Origin: Pseudoalteromonas tetraodonis
GTDB taxonomy: Bacteria; Pseudomonadota; Gammaproteobacteria; Enterobacterales; Alteromonadaceae
Direction: 5' to 3'
Assembly (NCBI RefSeq): GCF_002310835.1
Contig: NZ_CP011042.1
Coordinates: forward strand, 570,001 to 602,000
Length of the DNA stretch: 32,000 nt
Within the stretch, counting starts at the first letter, position 1. Every line of letters begins with the position of its first letter. This document shows positions 19,901 to 27,064 of the stretch, one piece after another. The notes beneath the pieces were generated by a model. It was not told where the DNA came from, searched no databases, and saw only the letters and a program-made list of their open reading frames with translations. Made by a program: the position numbers and the translations under genes.

Positions 19901-19991
19901 CAAAATAAGATACACTGCCGCCAATTAACAGCAACAGCGTAAACATCCAGCTAATGACTTTTTTCTCAATAGATAGTTGCGCAAAGCCCAT
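16926..19991 (-). CDS. RND-family efflux transporter permease (AcrB/HAE-type, 12 TM)
   Basis: 1021-aa ORF with the typical N-terminal segment (ISWMFTLLLLIGG..LEDPEFT), two large periplasmic loops, and conserved TM4-type GMLVDNAIVV and TM10-type GMLIKNGIVLVD motifs. Confidence 0.95.
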   Translation of the reverse strand: MGFAQLSIEKKVISWMFTLLLLIGGSVSYFDLGQLEDPEFTLKKAMVITLYPGASPQQVEEEVTFPIENAIQQLPYVDYVTSISSNGKSQITVEMKSTYRKQELRQIWDEMRRKINDLSPSLPSGVYPSNVIDDFADVYGVMFAVTGDGYSYDELKDYVDYLKRELVLVKGVSKVTIAGQQQPQVMVEVSTQKLAQLGIAPSHIYDLLQSQNTVSNAGRIRVGDESIRLHPTGEFKDVKELETLLISKSGASELIYLGDVAKVYREYAEVPTNVIHYNQQQALLIGVSFMSGVNVVDVGKHIDEHLASLEYQRPHGIDISSVYNQPKEVEQSVDGFIVSLIEAIAIVIVVLLIFMGFKSGVLIGGILLLTVLGTFIFMKLFAIDLQRISLGALIIALGMLVDNAIVVTEGILINLKRGQTKLKAAVNIVDQTKWPLLGATVIAITAFAPIGLSSDASGEFAGSLFWVLFISLLLSWITAITLTPFFAHLMFKETEFKHEHNQEHEDPYQGIIFNGYKAILNLAMRFRKTTLVLMVALLCSAVVGFGAVKQSFFPASNTPMFYVDYWQDQGADIRATLEGIKQLEAYLQKNELVTEITSTVGQGAPRFMLTYAPEKSYPAYGQLIIRVTNREAVAKVMQKVRDYAKQHPLSAKLKVKPMEIGPSTDAKIEARFSGPDPVVLRQLSSQAKEIIAKDDGAFNIRDDWRARTKMIRPQFNEQKARRLGITKFDLDQVLLTSLSGKQVGVYRDGTQLLPIIARSPASERLNVDSVHDLQIYSPVLRVFVPVTQVVDEFIVEWEDSLIMRRDRKRTITVMADHDVLGDETPAKLFARVRAEVEAIDLPRGYEMQWGGEFESSSKAKKAIFGSLPLGYLAMFAVTVLLFNSVKKPLVIWATVPLAIIGVSAGLLVMNAPFSFMALLGLLSLSGMLIKNGIVLVDQINLELSEGKSPYQAVFDSGVSRVRPVAMAAITTILGMIPLLFDVFFQSMAVTIMFGLGFATILTLIVVPVLYTVVFRIDYPKQ

Positions 19992-19993
19992 AA

Positions 19994-21076
19994 TTATAAG
20001 CCTCGCTCTTTATTCCAAGGACGAACAGACATGCCCTCTTGTAAAGAGTGAACACCAGCAGAGACAATTTGTTGGCCTTCTTTTACGCCGCTAAGAACTT
20101 CAATAGTGTCGTGATGCAATTGACCCACTTGTACTGCTTGTTTATGCACAGTGCCAGTTTGCTGATTAAAAACCCACACATAGGCATTATCGCTTAGGCT
20201 TTTATTAGGATCTGAAAATACCGACTCAATAGGTAAAATAGTGTAGGGGGTTTGTGAGCGTGTAACTTTGCTCAAATCTATCATCACTTGTCCCGACATA
20301 CCCGCAAGTAAGTTAAAATCTTCTGGCACCGGTAATGAAAACACCACTTTATAGGTGAGTGTTGCAGGATCGGCTTGGGTATCCCATTCTTTAAGCGTGA
20401 GTTTGTATTGCTTGTCGTGATAGCCATCAAATTCAACCATAGGTTGATATTGGGTATCTTTTTGAATACGTGCCACGATTTTTTCAGGAACCTGTATTGC
20501 TACATCCATAAAATCGCGGGTTTCTAAGCGCAAAACATTTTGTTTTGCTTGAATACTTTCAAAGTTTTTTACAAATACTTTGGCTACTATGCCAGCAAAA
20601 GGAGCGCGAAGTTCGCTGTACTCTAAATTCGTTTCTGCAATTTTAAACGCTGACTCAGCGACTTGTTCATTGGCAACCGCTTGATCAAGCTCGGATTGAC
20701 TGGTGATATTTTTATCAAATAGTTGTTTAATACGTTTTAGCTGCGACTTAGCCAGTTCATAGCGCGCTTTGCGCTCATTATATTGTAATTGAAAATCTTC
20801 AGGGTCTAATTTCGCCAATAGTTGCCCTTTTTTTACCTGCTCACCGGCTAATACAGGAAATTCAACCAACTCACCATTGACCCTAAAAGCCAGGTACGAG
20901 CCCTGGTTTGCAACGACTTCCGCAGGAAAACTGCGTATGTTTGTTTGCGAATCATGACCAATACTAAATAATTTAACAGGGCGAATCGGCTCTTCTTTAA
21001 CTATTTTCTCGGGCTCCGAGCAGCCTATTAAACTTAGTAATGTCGCAGATAGTAAACATAAGCGAAACAGTGGCAT
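19994..21076 (-). CDS. RND efflux periplasmic adaptor (membrane fusion protein), a lipoprotein
   Basis: HlyD/MFP-like coiled-coil and barrel regions. I moved the start to the internal ATG at 21076: GGAG at 21082-21085 (minus strand) lies 5 nt upstream, and the product then begins MPLFRLCLLSATLLSLIGC, a signal peptide ending in a lipobox Cys. The stop lies 2 nt before the permease start. Confidence 0.88.
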   Translation of the reverse strand: MPLFRLCLLSATLLSLIGCSEPEKIVKEEPIRPVKLFSIGHDSQTNIRSFPAEVVANQGSYLAFRVNGELVEFPVLAGEQVKKGQLLAKLDPEDFQLQYNERKARYELAKSQLKRIKQLFDKNITSQSELDQAVANEQVAESAFKIAETNLEYSELRAPFAGIVAKVFVKNFESIQAKQNVLRLETRDFMDVAIQVPEKIVARIQKDTQYQPMVEFDGYHDKQYKLTLKEWDTQADPATLTYKVVFSLPVPEDFNLLAGMSGQVMIDLSKVTRSQTPYTILPIESVFSDPNKSLSDNAYVWVFNQQTGTVHKQAVQVGQLHHDTIEVLSGVKEGQQIVSAGVHSLQEGMSVRPWNKERGL

Positions 21077-21198
21077 GATATCTCCATGATAAAAAAAGGC
21101 TAAATAAGTCAGTGCAGCATACGCTGCAAACATATAAAATAAAATTCATTAAATTTTAGAAACTCAATAAGTTTTACTTATAATGTGCTGGGCTGACT

Positions 21199-22101
21199 AT
21201 GAAACTTAATCAATTACAAATTTTAGATGCTATTGTGCAAAGTGCGAGCTTAAGTGGCGCTGCATTAAAGTTACATAAAACTCAGCCTGCATTGACACTG
21301 GCGATTAAAAACTTAGAGGCGAAATTAGGTTTTGATCTACTCGACCGTTCTAAATACCGATTACAACTTACCGAAAAAGGACGTATTTTTCATCGTGAAG
21401 CTAAACAGCTTTTAAACGCGAATGAGCAGCTTACACAGCTTGCAACCGAGCTGGCGCTGGGGAATGAAGCGCAATATAGAGTTTGCTATGAGCAAATTTG
21501 TCATGTGCAAAGTTATAACGAGATCATAAGTAATACTTTTAAGCATTTTTCTAGTACAGAATTTCGTTTAACCAGTGGTAAACGGTTTGTATCTTTAGAG
21601 CAAGTGAATACCGGCCAAGCCGAGCTTGGGATTGGCCCATGGTTTGATTTATTTCATGCCACAGGCGATTTAGAAAGCTTACCGATAGGCAAGCTCGATA
21701 TAGGTATTGTTGGCGCAAAAGGGATTTTACCTAAGCAGCTTACCTACGATGAGTTACAACTTTACCCGTGTTTAGCGATGTTTGAAAGTGGCTTGAGCAT
21801 AGACAGCGACAGGCTGTCTTATTCTAAAGGGGCTGCGGTGATGAAAATAGATGACATATCTACCCTAAAGTCGTTTTTATTGTCAGGTGCAGGATGGGCA
21901 ATGATGAGCTTAGGCCACTGTAAAAAAGAAATTACCGCGGGCTCATTACAGCAAATAATAGTAACAGACAGAGAGCACCAGTTTAGCGCGCAAATTCGTG
22001 CTTTTCGTCAACATGCTATGCACCATGGTCCTGTTGCCCGTAAAATTTGGCAGCAATTTGAATTACTCAGTCAGGAGTACTTAAACAATAATGGACGTTA
22101 A
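21199..22101 (+). CDS. LysR-family transcriptional regulator
   Basis: N-terminal wHTH (LNQLQILDAIVQSASLSGAALKLHKTQPALTLAIKNLEAKLG) plus a substrate-binding domain. It is divergent from the efflux operon. Confidence 0.9.
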   Translation: MKLNQLQILDAIVQSASLSGAALKLHKTQPALTLAIKNLEAKLGFDLLDRSKYRLQLTEKGRIFHREAKQLLNANEQLTQLATELALGNEAQYRVCYEQICHVQSYNEIISNTFKHFSSTEFRLTSGKRFVSLEQVNTGQAELGIGPWFDLFHATGDLESLPIGKLDIGIVGAKGILPKQLTYDELQLYPCLAMFESGLSIDSDRLSYSKGAAVMKIDDISTLKSFLLSGAGWAMMSLGHCKKEITAGSLQQIIVTDREHQFSAQIRAFRQHAMHHGPVARKIWQQFELLSQEYLNNNGR

Positions 22102-22396
22102 TAAAGAAACGGTTATTTATACTATTATTGCGAGTATACCCTCAGGGTGTGTTGCCAGTTATGGCCAAGTAGCGGCGCTTGCAGGGTATCCTAATAATGC
22201 AAGGCTAGTTGGCCGATTATTAAAAGAGATGCCTAAAGATTCTACTATCCCATGGCATAGAGTGGTTAACAGCCAAGGTAAAATAGCGTTTGCACAGGGG
22301 AGTGCGCTGTATCAAACGCAACGAGAAAAGCTACTTTCTGAGGGTGTTACTTTTAACAATCAACGAATCAATATGGCAAAACACCGCTGGCAATAA
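22091..22396 (+). CDS. atl: Alkyltransferase-like protein (ATL; MGMT DNA-binding fold without the acceptor cysteine)
   Basis: 101-aa ORF containing VASYGQVAALAGYPNNARLVG...IPWHRVVNSQGKI. The MGMT active-site P-C-H-R-V is replaced by P-W-H-R-V, as in E. coli YbaZ/Atl and S. pombe Atl1. The start overlaps the LysR stop by 11 nt. Confidence 0.85.
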   Translation: MDVNKETVIYTIIASIPSGCVASYGQVAALAGYPNNARLVGRLLKEMPKDSTIPWHRVVNSQGKIAFAQGSALYQTQREKLLSEGVTFNNQRINMAKHRWQ

Positions 22397-22397
22397 A

Positions 22398-25300
22398 CTA
22401 ATTATCCATTTTTTGTAAGTCAGTTAAAGCCCAAATTTCATCTGCGGTCCATTCGTCTAGCCAAATAGGAATATCTTCGGCTTTCATTGGCTTAGCAATA
22501 CCATAGCCTTGTGCTAGATAACAGCCAAGTAGCATTAGTGTTGCTGCATGCTCAGGGGTCTCTACGCCTTCAGCTATAACGCTTCGCTTAAACGAATTAG
22601 CCAGTGCAATAACGCCTTTTACAATTGCTAAATCGTTCGAGTCTTCAAGCATATCTCTAACAAAGCTTTGATCTATCTTTATTAAGCTTGCAGGTAAACG
22701 CCTTAAGTATGTGAGTGAGGAGTAACCCGTACCAAAGTCATCTAATGAAAACTCAACGCCCAAAGCTTTACAATCTTGCATGGTTTTAGATACGTGGGCT
22801 ACATCGTTAAGCGCACTGGTTTCCAGTACTTCTAGCTCTAGGTTTCTAGCATCGACCTGTGGATGTGCCAATAGTAATTCAGTTAGCCGCGCTGTAAATT
22901 CAGGCTGCTGTAATTGAACTGCGGCAACATTAACGCTCACTTTTATGTTTAAACTAGGTGTTAAAATTTGCCAGTGGTTAATTTGAGATAATGCAGCGTT
23001 AATAACCCATTCGCCAACGTCTATCATTAGCGCATTGTTTTCAATTACAGGTAAAAATTCAATAGGGCTAAGCAACCCGCGCTCTGGGTGTTGCACGCGT
23101 ATTAATGCCTCAACACCAATCATACTGCCCGTTCGCATATCTACTTTTGGTTGATAATAAAGTACAAACCAATTATTGGCTAAGGCTTCACGGATAAGTG
23201 AAATACCGGTTTGCTGTAATTTAACTGTATCTCCTTGACTCGTATCAAATAAATGATAACGATTTTTGCCCATTTGTTTGGCAATATACATGGCTTGATC
23301 GGCATGGCGCATCAGTTGTTCAGCATCTAAATTATCTTCTGGATATATTGTTACGCCAATACTGGCAGAGACATTCAAAACAATATCGTTAACAGTGACA
23401 GGTTTAGCTGCTGCGGCCAGAAGCCTCTCAAGTACGGGCACGCAATCGGCAACTGATCCTAAATTAGTTAATACAGCAACGAATTCATCGCCACCAATAC
23501 GGGCCAAGCTATCACCTTCACGAAGTGCATCTTTTAAACGGATTGAAAGTGCAATTAATAACTTATCGCCAATATCATGGCCATGAGAATCATTAACATG
23601 CTTAAATCCATCTAAATCAAGAAACACCACCGCCAGAGAATTGTTATGGCGACGGCATTGCAACATGGTTTGGCTGAGCCTATCGGCAAGCAATACGCGG
23701 TTTGGCAAGTTAGTTAATAAATCATAATGTGCAATACGGCTAAGTTGCTCTTGTTGGCGTTTAGCTTGGGTGATATCGGTAAAAATTCCTAAGTAAAAAG
23801 TAACGTTGTTGTCGTCTTTTAAAACTGAAATATTGAGTAGTTCAGCATACAGTTCACCGTCTTTTTTGCAGTTCCATACTTCACCTTGCCAATGACCATA
23901 TAGGCTGAGCTGTTTCCATATGTTTTTGTAAAATGACTCAGTTTGTTTGCCCGAATTTAAAAATGATGGATTGCGACCTATAACTTCATCATGGCTATAA
24001 CCGGTTATATGACAAAAGGCAGGATTGACATCAACAATAACTTTATCCGCATTTGTAATAATTATCCCTTCGTGGGTATCTCTAAAAACCCGAGAGGATA
24101 AATGCAGTTTTTCTTCAAATAATTTACGTTCAGTAATATCAACCGAGACACCCAGCATGGTAATTGCGCTACCAGAGTTGTCTCTAACAAGAGTCCCTTT
24201 AGTATTAAACCAACGAACGTTACCCCGTTTAGTAATAATACGATGATCAACGTTATATTCTTTCGCAGCGTCAATACATTGATTTATATCGCTTACTATA
24301 TTGGCGCGATCATTTGGGTGAATACTGGCTAGGTATTCATTTTTAGTCATTTCTAATTGTTTAACATTGCCGGTAATTAGTCTTATACCATGTTCAGAAA
24401 AGCGGATTATATTGGTTTTTATGTCCCATTCCCAAGTCGCAATTCCTCCCACTTTTTGGCTTAAAAGAAGTCGTCTTTCGGTATCAGTTAGTGCTTTAAT
24501 GTTATTTTGTAATGCATGAGTACGTTGCTCTACTTTTTTTTCTAATTTTAGGTGGCTCGCTCTTAATCGGGTTATCAGATAAGATGAAAGTGTAGTTAAA
24601 AAAGTAAACGCAACCGCAATAGCAATACCAAGTAACAGCATACTATTGTCTTGCCAGCCCATGATAGGGTAGGCTTTAAATACCCAAACGCCGTTTGGCA
24701 CTTGTATGTTAAAGTCGACCGTATTTTTTGTTATTTGGTTGTCTGAGGTAGCAATGATTTGCACATCATTTGTATCGGGCATGACTTTTGAAAGCTCATA
24801 ACCAATGCCTGCCTGTGGCAGTTGAGCTAAATTAACGCCTTGAAGAATATCAGGAAAACGAATAAGCGCAGTGGCAAATCCCCAAAACTGGTTTCCTTGT
24901 GAGGTATCTAGATACACAGGCAGCCTAGCCGCTGCACCCATACCACCTTGAAATAATTCAAAAGGGCCAGCAAGGGTTAATTTACCTGTTTTTTTGGCTA
25001 AAAATGCCTCTTGCGTTCGCAGTGGGTTCTCTAAAACATTATTACCGATAGCACTTTCATTGCCTTTAAGTGGAACAACGTGTGTAAGAATACCGTTTTT
25101 ATGAAGTTGTAAGGCGTCAAGACCTGGATAAAGACTTAACATTTCAGAAGCGAGTTCTTCAAAGCCTTTAGTCTCGCCATTTTGGGTACGAATTAATGCC
25201 GCAATTGGGTAGGCTGCAGAAAGTGCTTGGTTAAGGTTATTTCTAATATGGTTAACGTAGCTACCCGCCACCTTTCTAATAGAGTTTTGCTTTTGCTGAT

Positions 25301-25439
25301 AAATGTATTGATCAAGTAAGGAGATTGAATACACAGATGCAAGCGTTGAGATTAACAATGTGATCAACACCAGTCTTGCTTTTATAAACAAGCTCAGTAT
25401 CTGTGGTCGAGTATTAGATGGTGACAATGTAAATAACAC
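22398..25439 (-). CDS. Membrane sensor with a periplasmic CHASE-like domain, two PAS domains, GGDEF and EAL domains
   Basis: 1013-aa ORF. Two TM segments flank a roughly 230-aa periplasmic region. PAS/PAC repeats are present. GGDEF is intact (RIGGDEFV) with an upstream RxxD I-site (REGD). EAL is intact (EALIR, DDFGTGYSS, KID, EGVE, QGY). The GTG start is uncertain. Confidence 0.9.
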   Translation of the reverse strand: MLFTLSPSNTRPQILSLFIKARLVLITLLISTLASVYSISLLDQYIYQQKQNSIRKVAGSYVNHIRNNLNQALSAAYPIAALIRTQNGETKGFEELASEMLSLYPGLDALQLHKNGILTHVVPLKGNESAIGNNVLENPLRTQEAFLAKKTGKLTLAGPFELFQGGMGAAARLPVYLDTSQGNQFWGFATALIRFPDILQGVNLAQLPQAGIGYELSKVMPDTNDVQIIATSDNQITKNTVDFNIQVPNGVWVFKAYPIMGWQDNSMLLLGIAIAVAFTFLTTLSSYLITRLRASHLKLEKKVEQRTHALQNNIKALTDTERRLLLSQKVGGIATWEWDIKTNIIRFSEHGIRLITGNVKQLEMTKNEYLASIHPNDRANIVSDINQCIDAAKEYNVDHRIITKRGNVRWFNTKGTLVRDNSGSAITMLGVSVDITERKLFEEKLHLSSRVFRDTHEGIIITNADKVIVDVNPAFCHITGYSHDEVIGRNPSFLNSGKQTESFYKNIWKQLSLYGHWQGEVWNCKKDGELYAELLNISVLKDDNNVTFYLGIFTDITQAKRQQEQLSRIAHYDLLTNLPNRVLLADRLSQTMLQCRRHNNSLAVVFLDLDGFKHVNDSHGHDIGDKLLIALSIRLKDALREGDSLARIGGDEFVAVLTNLGSVADCVPVLERLLAAAAKPVTVNDIVLNVSASIGVTIYPEDNLDAEQLMRHADQAMYIAKQMGKNRYHLFDTSQGDTVKLQQTGISLIREALANNWFVLYYQPKVDMRTGSMIGVEALIRVQHPERGLLSPIEFLPVIENNALMIDVGEWVINAALSQINHWQILTPSLNIKVSVNVAAVQLQQPEFTARLTELLLAHPQVDARNLELEVLETSALNDVAHVSKTMQDCKALGVEFSLDDFGTGYSSLTYLRRLPASLIKIDQSFVRDMLEDSNDLAIVKGVIALANSFKRSVIAEGVETPEHAATLMLLGCYLAQGYGIAKPMKAEDIPIWLDEWTADEIWALTDLQKMDN

Positions 25440-25614
25440 CTAGCGTTGTTTAAGCCGCGTCCATTTAGAACAATGGCGTTTTAAGTTCCTGAAACAGTAT
25501 AGCAAACAGTCATCTAAAGCATTAGGGAGATTTAATTATACTTTAAAATAACCACCGTGATTTACTAAAGCTTGAGTAAAATAATAGGCTACATTGTGAG
25601 ATTAGCTAGGAAGG

Positions 25615-25645
25615 CACTATGTGTATTTAGTTAATACACATAGTG
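25615..25645 (-). repeat. Perfect 12-bp inverted repeat (CACTATGTGTAT-N7-ATACACATAGTG) spanning the hlyIII-family stop codon
   Basis: Read directly. One arm encodes the last residues H-Y-V-Y; the other arm lies just beyond the stop, which itself sits in the N7 loop (25631-25633). No U-tract follows on the minus strand. Confidence 0.6.
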
Positions 25646-26260
25646 AGTAATGGCAATATAATGACTTACACAACCGCCAATGACAAAAAGATGCCAAATA
25701 GCGTGGCTATATTGAGTGTTTTTAGCGCTGTAAAACAATGTACCCACGCTATAAAATAAACCACCAGTAAGTAGCCAGTATAGTGCGTTGATAGGTAAGT
25801 TTGAGTAAAGTGGGTATATAATTGCCAGTGCAAACCAGCCCATTAATAAATAGGTAGCGAGTGACACTTTTTTATTGCCATTTTTAACAAGCAGTTTATA
25901 AGCAACACCGGCTAAAGCTACTGTCCAAATAAATACCAAGGTAGCCCAAGACCAAACCCCAGATAAAGAGAGTAATAAAAAAGGGGTATATGTGCCAGCA
26001 ATAAGCATGTAAATAGCACAGTGGTCACATTTTTTATAAAACGCTCTTAATTTAGGACGAACACTGGCGTGATAAAGTGTAGAGGACAAAAATAAAATAA
26101 ATAAGCTGCTGCCATAAACGACTGTGCTGGCGTAACCTTTTACAGAGTTAGCTTGTTTAAATAAATCCCAAATTACAAATGCAGCAAATAAAATCCCTAA
26201 AGCATGGCTAACAACATTTAATAGCTCTTCTTTTTTAGAATAGGGCGCTTCAACAGACAT
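25631..26260 (-). CDS. Hemolysin III / PAQR family 7-TM protein (YqfA-like)
   Basis: Motifs: NVVSHALG, SSTLYH, CDHCAIYMLIAGTYTPF, HAIWHLFVIGG..H. I moved the start to ATG 26260, where AGGA lies 6 nt upstream, instead of the track's GTG 26275. Confidence 0.88.
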   Translation of the reverse strand: MSVEAPYSKKEELLNVVSHALGILFAAFVIWDLFKQANSVKGYASTVVYGSSLFILFLSSTLYHASVRPKLRAFYKKCDHCAIYMLIAGTYTPFLLLSLSGVWSWATLVFIWTVALAGVAYKLLVKNGNKKVSLATYLLMGWFALAIIYPLYSNLPINALYWLLTGGLFYSVGTLFYSAKNTQYSHAIWHLFVIGGCVSHYIAITHYVY

Positions 26261-26406
26261 AACAGATCCTACCACTTACAAATTAACGTTTAGTGTACAA
26301 GTGTGCGCTGAAATTATCAATTTAGAATTGATTGACATGGTGCTGCCAGTTTATGGATTAAAGTATGTTAAAAAATACACTATTATTTGGTTATATTTTT
26401 TAAATT

Positions 26407-26425
26407 GTTAGTTAAATTAACTAAC
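26407..26425. promoter_or_regulatory. Perfect 19-bp palindrome GTTAGTTAA-A-TTAACTAAC in the divergent hlyIII / small-protein intergenic region (candidate operator)
   Basis: Read directly: 9+9 perfect dyad symmetry around a single central base, inside a 297-bp AT-rich divergent promoter region. Confidence 0.4.
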
Positions 26426-26557
26426 CCATATTTTATAAATCTTAACCTTTTTATTTTATATCTTTATAAAACAAAGGTTTATTGATTTTTTTCTTTATGG
26501 CACAGCCCTTGATTGTATCTAGGTGTATTAACCAATAAACAAACAAGGAATAACATT

Positions 26558-26836
26558 ATGAAAACTTCAATTAACATGACACTGGCTAGTTTACTTTTAT
26601 TAGGTTCATCTCAAGTACATGCAACAGAGGTCGATTTAGATATTACAGATATGTTGACTAAAACGGTGACAACTTATGTATCACAAGCAACCCATGAACT
26701 TGAACAGTCAGTAAAAGAAGCCGTTTCTTTTGATGCCCAAGCTATTTTAGATGGTTTACTACAAACCAATCCAGTTGTTGATAATAGTGGCATTGATGAA
26801 AAGCAACTTGTAGTAAAAACACAACAAAAGCAATAA
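26558..26836 (+). CDS. Small secreted acidic protein of unknown function (92 aa precursor)
   Basis: ATG 26558 is preceded by AAGGA. The product begins MKTSINMTLASLLLLGSSQVHA/TEV, a classic Sec signal peptide with an AxA-like cleavage site. I recognise no family. The track's upstream extension from 26513 adds a non-signal leader. Confidence 0.6.
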   Translation: MKTSINMTLASLLLLGSSQVHATEVDLDITDMLTKTVTTYVSQATHELEQSVKEAVSFDAQAILDGLLQTNPVVDNSGIDEKQLVVKTQQKQ

Positions 26837-26852
26837 AAATAGGGAATAAGTG

Positions 26853-26963
26853 ATGAACAGCGAGTTCGAATTGTTAGCCCTGATGTTGGCGCCAGTGGCA
26901 AGTGTACTGAGTATATATTACATCGTTTACATGATAAAAAATGTGGGAACGAGGTTTAATTAG
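26853..26963 (+). CDS. Candidate 36-aa single-TM small membrane protein (absent from the ORF track)
   Basis: My own translation gives MNSEFELLALMLAPVASVLSIYYIVYMIKNVGTRFN*. The SD AGGGA at 26841-26845 lies 7 nt before the ATG, which is 16 nt after the preceding stop. The peptide has an acidic N-terminus, one hydrophobic helix and a basic C-terminus. Confidence 0.4.
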   Translation: MNSEFELLALMLAPVASVLSIYYIVYMIKNVGTRFN

Positions 26964-27004
26964 CGAATGCACTTACACGGTAAAACAATCGATGTAACTA
27001 AAGC

Positions 27005-27031
27005 TGATCGACTTCAATAGAGCGCACGTAA
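27005..27031 (+). promoter_or_regulatory. Candidate ECF (ChrR-partnered sigma) promoter upstream of the Lon-N-domain gene: TGATCG-N16-CGTAA
   Basis: Same architecture as the site upstream of the ECF sigma gene, including a shared ACTT just after the -35 element. It is intergenic, about 34 nt upstream of ATG 27065. Confidence 0.6.
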
Positions 27032-27064
27032 ATAAAGGCAGAGTGTTTGAAAGAAGTAGACTTT

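Noticed and set aside
21077-21133. N-terminal extension of the efflux adaptor (MFAAYAALTYLAFFYHGDI)
   Set aside because: The internal ATG 21076 has a proper GGAG SD and yields a canonical lipoprotein signal peptide. The extension has no SD and would bury the signal peptide.
23395-24274. ORFs 23395-23586(+), 24025-24246(+) and 24062-24274(-)
   Set aside because: They are nested within, or in other frames of, the CHASE-PAS-GGDEF-EAL gene, which has continuous domain motifs in its own frame.
26674-26901. 75-aa minus-strand ORF
   Set aside because: It is antisense to the signal-peptide-bearing small ORF and to the start of the 36-aa ORF. The product is Cys/Ser-rich and there is no SD.
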